Below, piece after piece: positions 53,389 through 61,567 of a DNA stretch of 64,000 nt; the stretch's first letter is position 1; each line of letters opens with the position of its first letter. Below the pieces are notes generated by a model. That model was not told the DNA's origin and did no database searches. It saw only the letters and a program-made list of their open reading frames with translations. The DNA comes from Acidimicrobiales bacterium. GTDB lineage: Bacteria > Actinomycetota > Acidimicrobiia > Acidimicrobiales > AC-14. The stretch spans positions 2,263-66,262 of the forward strand of contig DATLHA010000109.1 of NCBI GenBank assembly GCA_035540095.1. The letters are read 5' to 3'. Position numbers and translations under genes: made by a program.

Positions 53389-54768
53389 ATGGCTTCGGTC
53401 CCGCCGGCGCCGCCCTCCGCCCGGGGCTCGGTGCTCCTCGGCAGCACGCTCGACCTCCAGCGCGACCAGCTGGGCACCTACGAGCGGGCGATGGCCGATC
53501 ACGGCGACATCGCCCGGTTCCGGGTTGGCCCGCCCCGGATCGGGTTCACGTTCGACGCCGTCTTCTCTCCCGAGGGCGCCCGCCAGGTCTTGGCGGCCGA
53601 TGCTGCCCACTACATCAAGGACGCGCCGGTGATCGGCGAGTTCCGCCACTTCCTCGGGAACGGTCTGCTGGTGAGCGAGGGTGAGCGCTGGCGGCGGGCC
53701 CGGCGGATCGCCGGGCCGCTCTTCACGCGGCGGGCCGTGACCGGCCATCTCGAGACGATCGCCACGGCTGGCGCCGACCTGGTGTCGTGGTGCGAAGCCG
53801 ACGCCGCCGCCGACCGGCCGATCGACCTGACGCAGCTCTCCATGCGCTATGCCCTCCACGCCCTGGGCCACACGGTGTTCGGCGACGACATCGTTCAGGC
53901 CGAGCCCAGGCTCAGGTCCGTCCTGCCCGCCCTCGGCGATCACCTCAAGAAGCGGTCGCTCGCGCCGGTCCGGACCCCGCACTCGTGGCCAACCCCGGCA
54001 AACCGGCGGGCCGAGGCCATTCGAAGGGTGGTCTGGGGCCTGGCTGACGAGCTGATCGCCGCCCGCCGAGCCAGTGGCTCGGGCGGCAAGGACCTGCTGA
54101 GCCGGCTCCTCGACGCACGCGATCCGGAAACAGGCGATGCGTTGAACGACAGCGATGTCCGGGACGAGGTGATCATCTTTCTCATCGCGGGTCACGAGAC
54201 CACCGGCAGCGCGCTGGCCTTCACTCTTCAGCTGCTCGGTCGCCACCAGGAGGTGCAGGATCGGGCGCGGGCCGAGGTTCTGGACCTCGTCGGTCGCCAG
54301 CCCGGCGGGCGGTACGAGATCGAGCAGCTGCCCTACGTGGCCCAGGTCGTCGATGAGTCCATGCGCCTGTACCCGCCCGCCCACACCGTCGTCAGGCGGG
54401 CGTCGACGGACACGGCGTTACTCGGCTTCCCGATACCGGCTGGCCGGATTGTGGCCGTCAACATCTGGGGCATTCACCATCGTCCGTCGGTGTGGTCCGA
54501 CCCCTTCGAGTTCTCCCCCGATCGCTTCGAGGCCACCCGCGCCAATCCCGACGCCACGCGAAGGTCCAGCGGCTACACGCACATTCCCTTCGCCGGTGGG
54601 CCCAGGGCATGCATCGGGGAGCACCTCGCCATGGCCGAGCTGGTCACCTCGGTGGCCGCCCTCCTCACCCGCTTCCGGTTGCGGTCACAGCTACCGAACC
54701 CTGACACGGAGGTGGACTTGGCCCTGAGGCCAAAGGGCGCGCTGCCCTGCCAGTTCGAGGTCTTGTGA
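53389..54768 (+). CDS. cytochrome P450
   Basis: ORF 53311..54768 trimmed to ATG 53389. I-helix IAGHETTGSAL, ExxR ESMRLYPP, heme loop FAGGPRACIGEHLA; 459 aa. Confidence 0.9.
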   Translation: MASVPPAPPSARGSVLLGSTLDLQRDQLGTYERAMADHGDIARFRVGPPRIGFTFDAVFSPEGARQVLAADAAHYIKDAPVIGEFRHFLGNGLLVSEGERWRRARRIAGPLFTRRAVTGHLETIATAGADLVSWCEADAAADRPIDLTQLSMRYALHALGHTVFGDDIVQAEPRLRSVLPALGDHLKKRSLAPVRTPHSWPTPANRRAEAIRRVVWGLADELIAARRASGSGGKDLLSRLLDARDPETGDALNDSDVRDEVIIFLIAGHETTGSALAFTLQLLGRHQEVQDRARAEVLDLVGRQPGGRYEIEQLPYVAQVVDESMRLYPPAHTVVRRASTDTALLGFPIPAGRIVAVNIWGIHHRPSVWSDPFEFSPDRFEATRANPDATRRSSGYTHIPFAGGPRACIGEHLAMAELVTSVAALLTRFRLRSQLPNPDTEVDLALRPKGALPCQFEVL

Positions 54769-54842
54769 TCCTGGGATCCGAGCTGGTGGAGCGGATCAGC
54801 CTTCGATGCTCGTTGCCCGGGCGTGGCCCGTGGCGGGGCCGA

Positions 54843-54870
54843 CGGGGGAGGCCACCACCGACCTCCCCCG
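54843..54870 (+). terminator. hairpin downstream of the P450
   Basis: Perfect 9-bp stem CGGGGGAGG / CCTCCCCCG, 10-nt loop, 75 nt after the stop. No U-tract. Confidence 0.4.
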
Positions 54871-55148
54871 TGTCGAGTCAATGTCCCCATGAGATTCGAT
54901 CACCCGCACGCGGCTGGCGGTTCGGGGCACCACCGACAGCCGTCGGTCACGACGTCCTGACGTGGAACGGCGAGCGGAAGTCAGCTGCTTGTCGCCCGAC
55001 CAAGACTGGCGCCTCCGATGGCGTCGCGGACACAGTGCTCCCCGCTACGGTTAACCCGGACCTTTCTCGGGCAGGAGTTCCGGGCGGCGTGTCAACTCGA
55101 ATGAAGAAGACCTCGGCCCCCGGCCACTGAGGCAACGGAGGACCGAGC

Positions 55149-55799
55149 GTGGGCAAGCGGACAGAGCGCGTCGGCGAGTCAGAGGACTCCCTCGTGGGGA
55201 ACCTCGTCGGCAAGGGATCCCGTAAGGGCTCCACCTTCTATGGCCGAGCCGGCGACATCATCCAACGGCCTCCGGCGTGGGCGGCCATCGCCGCCGGCCT
55301 GTGCGCCACGGGTGAGCGGGGGCGCCGGGCGGCATTGCGCGGCAGCGTCTGCTACCTGTCGGCCGCCGCCGCCCACCTCCCGATCAAGGCCCTCGTGGGG
55401 CGAAGGCACCCACCGGGTTCGGCCCGTCACCAGCTGGGCCCGTTCACCTCCTCGTTCCCGTCCGGCCATGCGGCCGCCGACTTGGCCTTCGTTTTCGGAG
55501 CGTCCCAGGTGCTGCCTGTCGCCTTCCTGCCACTCTCGGCCTGCTCCGTGGCCGTGCACTGGTCCCTGGTGCGCAAGCGCGCCCATTACCCCAGCGACGT
55601 CCTTGCCGGCGGCGGGCTCGGCATAGCCGTAGCCCTGGCCATGTGGAAGCTCTGGCCGCCGGGACAACCCGCCGCCGACGATGTTCCGGTCGTCGTCTCG
55701 CCTGGGAACGACCAGGGGCCCGACGGACGGTCAGCACCGCTGGTCGACCTCGCCGTCGATGCACCGGGAGCGGGCACCGTCTCCGGCGCGCTGCGATAA
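55149..55799 (+). CDS. PAP2-family phosphatase (membrane)
   Basis: ORF track 216 aa. Motifs KALVGRRHPP, FPSGHAA, RKRAHYPSDVLAG. SD GGAGG 7 nt before the GTG. Confidence 0.8.
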   Translation: MGKRTERVGESEDSLVGNLVGKGSRKGSTFYGRAGDIIQRPPAWAAIAAGLCATGERGRRAALRGSVCYLSAAAAHLPIKALVGRRHPPGSARHQLGPFTSSFPSGHAAADLAFVFGASQVLPVAFLPLSACSVAVHWSLVRKRAHYPSDVLAGGGLGIAVALAMWKLWPPGQPAADDVPVVVSPGNDQGPDGRSAPLVDLAVDAPGAGTVSGALR

Positions 55800-55950
55800 C
55801 CCGGCAGGCCCAGCTTCGCGCCCACCCCTCGCGCTGTACCCCTTGGAGGAGGCGGCGGGACGATCCGGGAAACCCGGTGGTGCGACGTGGGTAGGGTTCC
55901 TCCACACCCGAGGGCGCCGCGGGACGGCCGCCGTGCGAGAGGAGCGGAGC

Positions 55951-57537
55951 ATGGGGAACGAGCCTGGCAAGGGCGGTCCGGTGAAGGCGCCCATGGTGAA
56001 CACGTTGCTGGCCTACGTGTCCAAGCCGCTCCGGCCGCTGATGGAGAAGATCAACGTCACCCGCGAGAGCCACCGCGGTGCTTTCGCCGGAGATGTGATG
56101 CTGCCCGAGGGCTTCGAGATCGAGGTGGTGGCCGTCGAACTGAACGCGCCGGTCCATGCCACCTTCGGCCCCGACGGCGCCTGCTACGTGACCGAGAGCG
56201 GCTACAAGATCGACTCCCCGCCCCGGGTCGTGCGCATCGACGTCGTCTCCGGCGCCACGGACACGTTCTTCGAATTGCCCGCCGACCGCTGGCGCCAGCA
56301 CGGCGCCATGACCGGCGGCTGCTGGCTCGACGACACCTTCTACTTCGCCAACAACGACGCCATCTCCCGCGTCGGTCCCGGCGGCGTCATCGAGGACGTC
56401 GTCACCGGCCTGCCGTGGGGCGACCACATGCCGAACTACCCGATCGTCGGCCCCGACGGAAGCCTGTACTTCACCGTCGGCAGTGTCACCAACGCCGGGG
56501 TGGTCGGCGGTGACAACTTCACCTTCGAGTGGCTCCGCCACTCCCCGGAAGTGTGCGACATCCCCGGCCAGGACATCACCTTGGCCGGGCACAACTACGA
56601 GTTCAAGGACGTGGTCGGCTCTCTCAAGGACACGGTGCGCAGCGGTGCCTTCGTCCCATTCGGGACCGAGACCCAACCCGGCCAGGTCATACCGGGGCAG
56701 CTGAAGGCCAGCGGAGCGCTCCTGCGGCTCGATCCCACGACCGGCTCCCTCGAGCAGATCGCCTGGGGCCTCCGGAACGCCTATGGCATCGACTTCCACC
56801 CCGACGGGCGCCTGTTCGTGACCAACCACGGCATCGACGAACGCGGCGCGCGGTTCATCGTGGGGGCGCCGGATGAGTTCTACGAGATCCACGGGGGCGC
56901 CTGGTATGGATGGCCCGATTATGCCGCGGGCGTCCGCCTCGACGACCCCCGCTGGGGTGAGGACGGACGGGGTCGAGAGCCGGTGCTCGCCGAGCCGCCC
57001 GACCAGCCGCCGTTGCCCTTCGTCACCTTCGAGGACCACGCCGCCTCGAACGGCTTCGTCTTCTGCCGTGACCCGGCATTCGGTTTCCCCGGCGACGCGT
57101 TCGTGTGCCTGTTCGGCGACGTCGCACCCGTCACCACCAGGCGCGCCACCCCCGTCGGCTACAAGGTGGTGCGCGTGGACATGCAGCGCAGGGAGGTCGT
57201 CGACTTCGCCGTCAACCGCCAGTCCGGGCCCGCCTCCCAGCTACCCCACAACGGCTTCGAGCGGCCATGCAACGCCACGTTCGGCCCTGACGGCGCCCTC
57301 TACGTGGTGGACTGGGGCGAGATTCGCCTGGCCGTGGAGAGGGGCGGCGTGGAGATGCCGCTCCACTCGGGGGTGCTGTGGCGGATCTGGCCCACCGGGG
57401 CCCCGCACGGCGAGCGGCCACCGGAGGCCGAAGTCGTCCCCCTCACCGGGTGGGTGGGCCTCCCGGTGGTCGGCGAGGCGATCGGTCTGGCCAAGCAGGC
57501 CTCATCGGCGGTCAAGAAGGCTCTCCACCGGGACTGA
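55951..57537 (+). CDS. glucose/sorbosone dehydrogenase-like beta-propeller protein, paralog 1 (no signal peptide seen)
   Basis: ORF 55681..57537 trimmed to ATG 55951, with GAGGAG SD. WGLRNAYGIDFHPDGRLFVTNHGIDERG...GGAWYGWPDY propeller repeats; 528 aa. Confidence 0.7.
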   Translation: MGNEPGKGGPVKAPMVNTLLAYVSKPLRPLMEKINVTRESHRGAFAGDVMLPEGFEIEVVAVELNAPVHATFGPDGACYVTESGYKIDSPPRVVRIDVVSGATDTFFELPADRWRQHGAMTGGCWLDDTFYFANNDAISRVGPGGVIEDVVTGLPWGDHMPNYPIVGPDGSLYFTVGSVTNAGVVGGDNFTFEWLRHSPEVCDIPGQDITLAGHNYEFKDVVGSLKDTVRSGAFVPFGTETQPGQVIPGQLKASGALLRLDPTTGSLEQIAWGLRNAYGIDFHPDGRLFVTNHGIDERGARFIVGAPDEFYEIHGGAWYGWPDYAAGVRLDDPRWGEDGRGREPVLAEPPDQPPLPFVTFEDHAASNGFVFCRDPAFGFPGDAFVCLFGDVAPVTTRRATPVGYKVVRVDMQRREVVDFAVNRQSGPASQLPHNGFERPCNATFGPDGALYVVDWGEIRLAVERGGVEMPLHSGVLWRIWPTGAPHGERPPEAEVVPLTGWVGLPVVGEAIGLAKQASSAVKKALHRD

Positions 57538-58816
57538 GCAGCGGTTCGAGCGCAGGCAGCCGCCACAGCCTGCCGGTGGCCGGCTCGGCGTCCACGCCCG
57601 ACTCTGTCATCTCGAACCGCCCGAAGTCGAGCACGTGGAGGGCGCCGTCGCCGGGATGGAACCCGACGTCGACGGGCCGGAAGTACGGAGCCGGCGGAAG
57701 CGGGTGGACGCTCCAGTCGCTGGGATCCACCCGGACCACGCCGCGGCCCACCCGGGGCCCCGAAGGGGCGGTGAGAGGCACCTCGTCGCCGAAGAGGGTG
57801 ACGAAGAGATGTCCGGCCCACCGCCCCTGGCTCTCCGGCGCGACGGCCAGCTTGGTCGCCGCGCTGTGGGGAGGGAACTCCACCAGAGGGCAGGCCGGCG
57901 CCGGCAGCACGTCGTGGTTGTCGAGGACGAAGGTGGGCTGGGGCCCACTCTCCGGGCGGAACCGGGGGTCGGTCACCGGCACGTCGCCGACGAAGTCGGG
58001 CCACCCGAACCACGCCCCGCTGATGACCTCATGGAGCAGGTCCGGTGCATTGCCGATGGGCCGGCTGCCCCGGTCGTCCGCGCCCTGGTCGATGGCCAGC
58101 AAGCGGCCATCGGCCAGAAAGCCGAGGCCGTATGCGTTGCGCAGCCCCCAAGCCACCAGCTCCAGATCGGAGCCGTCGAGCCGGCAGCGCATGACCGCGG
58201 CCGTGCACGGCACGCGGCCGTCCACTCGCTGGCCCGGCTCACTCGGCGTGCCGAAAGGCACGAAGGCGCCGGTGACTGCGTCCTTGCCTGCTGCGCCGTC
58301 GCGGGGATCGGCGGTGACGACGTTCACGCCGGCCAGGACCACGTCGTGACCCGGCAGATCGTGGGAGTGGGGAAGCCGGGAGAGCCAGCCGATCTGGTAG
58401 GAGTCCAAGCCGATGACGCCGCTGTTGGTCATCGCCCCCTGGCTGAAGTACAGCCGACCGTCGGGTCCGACCACCGCCATGTTCGTCTGGTAGTCGCCCG
58501 GCCCCGGGAGTCCCTCGAGCACCGCCTCGGCGCGCCCATCGGGCCACACCCGGATGATCCGGCTCGGGTGGCCGCCCACGGAGACGAAGAAGCTCCCCTC
58601 GTGGTGGAACAGCCCGTTGACCGGCGGAGACAGGTTCTTGACCACCAACTGGCGCTCACCGTTGGGTGCCAGCCGCCACACCCGCCCGCCCGGCGCCGCT
58701 CCGCCGAAGGGAAGCCCGGCCTCCGCTACCCAGGGTGTGCCCTCGTCGTCGAAGGCCAGGCTTGTGGGATAGCTGAGGCCCTCGGCAACCAACTCGGGGC
58801 CCGGTGGCGCCGTCAC
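57512..58816 (-). CDS. glucose/sorbosone dehydrogenase-like beta-propeller protein, paralog 2 (no signal peptide seen)
   Basis: ORF 57512..59662(-) trimmed to GTG 58816, which overlaps the DedA stop (GTGA). WGLRNAYGLGFLADGRLLAIDQGADDRG...SGAWFGWPDF, clearly paralogous to 55951..57537; 434 aa. Confidence 0.7.
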   Translation of the reverse strand: MTAPPGPELVAEGLSYPTSLAFDDEGTPWVAEAGLPFGGAAPGGRVWRLAPNGERQLVVKNLSPPVNGLFHHEGSFFVSVGGHPSRIIRVWPDGRAEAVLEGLPGPGDYQTNMAVVGPDGRLYFSQGAMTNSGVIGLDSYQIGWLSRLPHSHDLPGHDVVLAGVNVVTADPRDGAAGKDAVTGAFVPFGTPSEPGQRVDGRVPCTAAVMRCRLDGSDLELVAWGLRNAYGLGFLADGRLLAIDQGADDRGSRPIGNAPDLLHEVISGAWFGWPDFVGDVPVTDPRFRPESGPQPTFVLDNHDVLPAPACPLVEFPPHSAATKLAVAPESQGRWAGHLFVTLFGDEVPLTAPSGPRVGRGVVRVDPSDWSVHPLPPAPYFRPVDVGFHPGDGALHVLDFGRFEMTESGVDAEPATGRLWRLPALEPLLSPGGEPS

Positions 58817-59517
58817 CGGTGGCCCACCGGCGCCGGCTCGCGTCCCGCTCCAGGCGACAGGGCGAAGACCGCCAGCCCGAGCAGGATCACTACGGCGAAC
58901 ACCGCGGCGCCGGCAGCGAAGGACGCAGCCAGCGCCCCGGCCACGGCATAGAGCAGCGCGGCGGGCAGCGATCCCACGAGGGCGGCGACGAGAGCGGGGC
59001 GCCAGCCGAGCGACGACGTTCCCGCGACGAAAGCGGTGGTCTCGGCGAGGATCGGCACGGGGCGGGTCACCACGATGGCAACCAGGCCCCATCTGCGAAG
59101 GAGCCGGTCGGCACGGTTGCGTTCCTCCTCGGACACGAGGCGCCCGACGGCCTGCGAACCCGACCTGCCAATGCCGAACCCAACGGCGAAGGCGCCCAGC
59201 GATCCGAGCACGGACAGCACGGCGCCGACCACGATGCCGAAGAGGGCACCGTGGGCCAGCATCACCCCGCTGGAGGGCACGGGCAGGAAGACGTCGGCCA
59301 CGAGCAACGCCGTCCCCACGACGCCAGCGAGAGCGCCTCCGGCGCCGAGGAGCGGCTCCGGGTCGGTGAGCGGCTCCACCCCGAGCACCTGCACCACTAC
59401 GAACGTGGTGAGCATGGCCGCCATGAGCGCAGCAGGCACCACCCAATACCGTCTCGTAACCACGATCCCGACCGACGCTAGCCCGGGCCCGTCCCCGGCC
59501 GCCTGTACGACACTCAC
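58813..59517 (-). CDS. DedA/VTT-domain membrane protein
   Basis: ORF track 234 aa: ADVFLPVPSSGVMLAHGALFG...RWGLVAIVVTRPVPILAETTAFVAGTS. GTG start. Confidence 0.8.
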   Translation of the reverse strand: MSVVQAAGDGPGLASVGIVVTRRYWVVPAALMAAMLTTFVVVQVLGVEPLTDPEPLLGAGGALAGVVGTALLVADVFLPVPSSGVMLAHGALFGIVVGAVLSVLGSLGAFAVGFGIGRSGSQAVGRLVSEEERNRADRLLRRWGLVAIVVTRPVPILAETTAFVAGTSSLGWRPALVAALVGSLPAALLYAVAGALAASFAAGAAVFAVVILLGLAVFALSPGAGREPAPVGHR

Positions 59518-59700
59518 ACGAGACAGCGGATCGCTCCCGATCCAGGGCCCTCCATGGCTGGGCTCCGGCCCTGACGTTCAGGGTGGACGCGCCGCAGATT
59601 CGCAGCAAGTGGAATGGTGACGCCCCTCGTAGCGTGGTGCCATCCGGAGACCTGACGGCCACCTCGCCGGGTCCCGCCGCTCGGGTCCGAGGAGATCCGG

Positions 59701-59947
59701 GTGGAGACGCCCGCCTTGACGGCGGACAGCGACTGTTTCGGGCAGGCCGTGATGAGCTTCCTCCTGAACGAGCGGCGTGTAGACATCAACAGCACACCGG
59801 CCTGGCGGGCGGTCAGTCTGGCCCCCTGGGCCACTCGACGCCCAGCGGGTCCTGGGCACGGACGGGGTGGCCGAACGCCTCGAGATGGTCGTGGCCTTGC
59901 TGGAGGAGGAGCCCTCTGTGCTTGCGCAGCGTTTGGCCGGAGGGTAG
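59701..59947 (+). pseudogene. candidate small gene (about 81 aa) broken at a C5 run (59822-59826)
   Basis: GAGGAG SD 6 nt before GTG 59701. That frame reads VETPALTADSDCFGQAVMSFLLNERRVDINSTPAWRAVSLAP and then turns to junk. The +1 frame continues protein-like, GPLDAQRVLGTDGVAERLEMVVALLEEEPSVLAQRLAGG*, stopping 11 nt before the next gene. Own translation; no family recognised. Confidence 0.4.
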
Positions 59948-59957
59948 GAAGCACACC

Positions 59958-60311
59958 ATGGCCAGGCGGGACGACATGGAGGGCAAGAGGGCGAAGAAGG
60001 ACAAGAGCCTGCCCGGCGAGGCGCAGGAGCTCTTTCAGCTCGTCGTCGGTTACGCCAAACAGGAGACGCTCGACCCGGTCAGGAACCTTGGCCGTTTCGT
60101 GGGCTTTGGCGTGGCCGGCGCCCTCCTCGGCAGCCTCGGTGCGGTGCTCCTCCTCCTCGGGGTGCTCCGCCTGCTCCAGACCGAGACCGGCGACGCCTTC
60201 GACGGGAACTGGAACTTCGTCCCCTACCTGGTGGTGCTGGCGGTCAGCGGCGCCATCGCCGGCGGCGCCATCAAGGCCCGGGGCCGGGGCCAGAGAAGGG
60301 ATGCACGATGA
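59958..60311 (+). CDS. small membrane protein, Holin-X (Phage_holin_3_6)-like
   Basis: In frame with ORF 59583..60311, ATG 59958: MARRDDMEGKRAKKDKSLPGEAQELFQLVVGYAKQETLDP... followed by two TM segments; 117 aa. Confidence 0.6.
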   Translation: MARRDDMEGKRAKKDKSLPGEAQELFQLVVGYAKQETLDPVRNLGRFVGFGVAGALLGSLGAVLLLLGVLRLLQTETGDAFDGNWNFVPYLVVLAVSGAIAGGAIKARGRGQRRDAR

Positions 60312-60529
60312 CTGACGTGAGCCGCACCAACGGCAAGATCACCCGGGCCGACATCGAGTCGAAGCTCCACGAGATGCAAGGCGAGGTCCAGGGGTCGGCC
60401 GAGGCGGCCAAGACGCCGATCATGGCCATCGCCGGCGGGGTGGCGGTCGCCGTGATCATCGTCGCCTTCCTCCTCGGCAAGCGCCGAGGCCGGCGCAGGT
60501 CCACCGTCGTCGAGATCCGCCGGGTCTGA
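60308..60529 (+). CDS. small tail-anchored membrane protein (73 aa)
   Basis: ORF track. ATG overlaps the upstream stop (ATGA). Single C-terminal TM IMAIAGGVAVAVIIVAFLLG followed by KRRGRRR. Confidence 0.55.
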   Translation: MTDVSRTNGKITRADIESKLHEMQGEVQGSAEAAKTPIMAIAGGVAVAVIIVAFLLGKRRGRRRSTVVEIRRV

Positions 60530-60723
60530 TGCTCAAGGCCCTCGTCCGGGTCGGCTTCGCCCGTGGCATCGGCGGCTCCCGGGCCTGGTTGGCGCTCGGC
60601 GTGGTCGCCGGCGGGTTGCGGATGCTGAAGCGGGTGGCCAAGCGAAACGCCGACGTGGTGTACCGCGAGGAGCTCCACCCCGGGCAGTCGGTCGTCGTCC
60701 AGCATTTCCCTCGCGCCAAGTAG
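60529..60723 (+). CDS. small hypothetical protein (64 aa)
   Basis: ORF track. ATG overlaps the upstream stop by 1 nt (TGATG). One hydrophobic segment. Confidence 0.5.
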   Translation: MLKALVRVGFARGIGGSRAWLALGVVAGGLRMLKRVAKRNADVVYREELHPGQSVVVQHFPRAK

Positions 60724-60738
60724 CGCCATGATGGGTCG

Positions 60739-61521
60739 GTGGACCCGACCTTCGCCGCCGGCGACAAGGTGCTGCTGATCGACGCCAAGAGCCGCCGTTA
60801 CCTCCTCACCCTGCGGGAGGGCGGCCAGTTCCACACCCACGCCGGCGTCACGCCGCACGACTCGATCATCGGCCTCCCCGACGGGTCCACCGTGCGCTCA
60901 CCCACGGGCACCCGGTACCTGGCCCTGCGCCCGACGCTCGCCGACTTCGTGCTGTCGATGCCCAGGGGCGCGCAGGTCATCTACCCCAAAGACCTCGGCC
61001 CGCTGCTGGTCATGGCCGACGTCTTCCCGGGGGCCAGGATCCTCGAGGCCGGCGTGGGCTCGGGCGCCCTGTCGATGACCCTGTTGCGGGCCGGCGCCGA
61101 CGTGGTGGGCTACGAGCTGCGGGAGGACTTCGCCGACAAGGCGCGGGCCAACGTGGCGTCGTTCCTCGGCGACGGCCAGCCCTACCGGGTCGAGCTGCGC
61201 GACGTGTACGAGGGGATCGACGAGACCGGCCTCGACCGCATCCTCCTCGACCTTCCCGAGCCGTGGCGGGTGGTCAAGCACGCCGTCGGCGCCCTGCGGC
61301 CGGGCGGCATCCTCGTCTCCTACCTGCCGTCGATCGTGCAGGTGTCCCAGCTGCGGGATGCCCTGGAGGGCGCCGGCTTCGTGCTGGCCGAGACGGTCGA
61401 GGTGCTGCAGCGGGGTTGGCACGTCGAGGGCATGGCCGTACGCCCTGATCACCGCATGGTGGCCCACACCGGGTTCCTGACCTCCGCCCGCCGGCCGGCG
61501 GGGCAGCCGGAACTGGAGTGA
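60739..61521 (+). CDS. trmI: tRNA (adenine58-N1)-methyltransferase
   Basis: ORF track 260 aa: RGAQVIYPKDLGPLLVMADVFPGARILEAGVGSGALSMTLLRA...ILLDLPEPW...HTGFLTSARR. Confidence 0.88.
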   Translation: MDPTFAAGDKVLLIDAKSRRYLLTLREGGQFHTHAGVTPHDSIIGLPDGSTVRSPTGTRYLALRPTLADFVLSMPRGAQVIYPKDLGPLLVMADVFPGARILEAGVGSGALSMTLLRAGADVVGYELREDFADKARANVASFLGDGQPYRVELRDVYEGIDETGLDRILLDLPEPWRVVKHAVGALRPGGILVSYLPSIVQVSQLRDALEGAGFVLAETVEVLQRGWHVEGMAVRPDHRMVAHTGFLTSARRPAGQPELE

Positions 61522-61567
61522 GCGGCCCGCGAGGGCGCTGCGAGCGACATCACGGGGCGCACGCCCC

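Noticed and set aside
59683-59726. GGGTCCGAGGAG ... ACGGCGGA, resembling conserved blocks of the ykkC (guanidine-I) riboswitch. Also TAGGGTTCC at 55892-55900.
   Set aside because: Only short fragments match. The CUAGGGUUCCG 5' block and the GCCCGGGAGA 3' block are missing. The neighbouring genes are not guanidine-related. The first fragment is better explained as the SD (GAGGAG) and start of the small gene at 59701.
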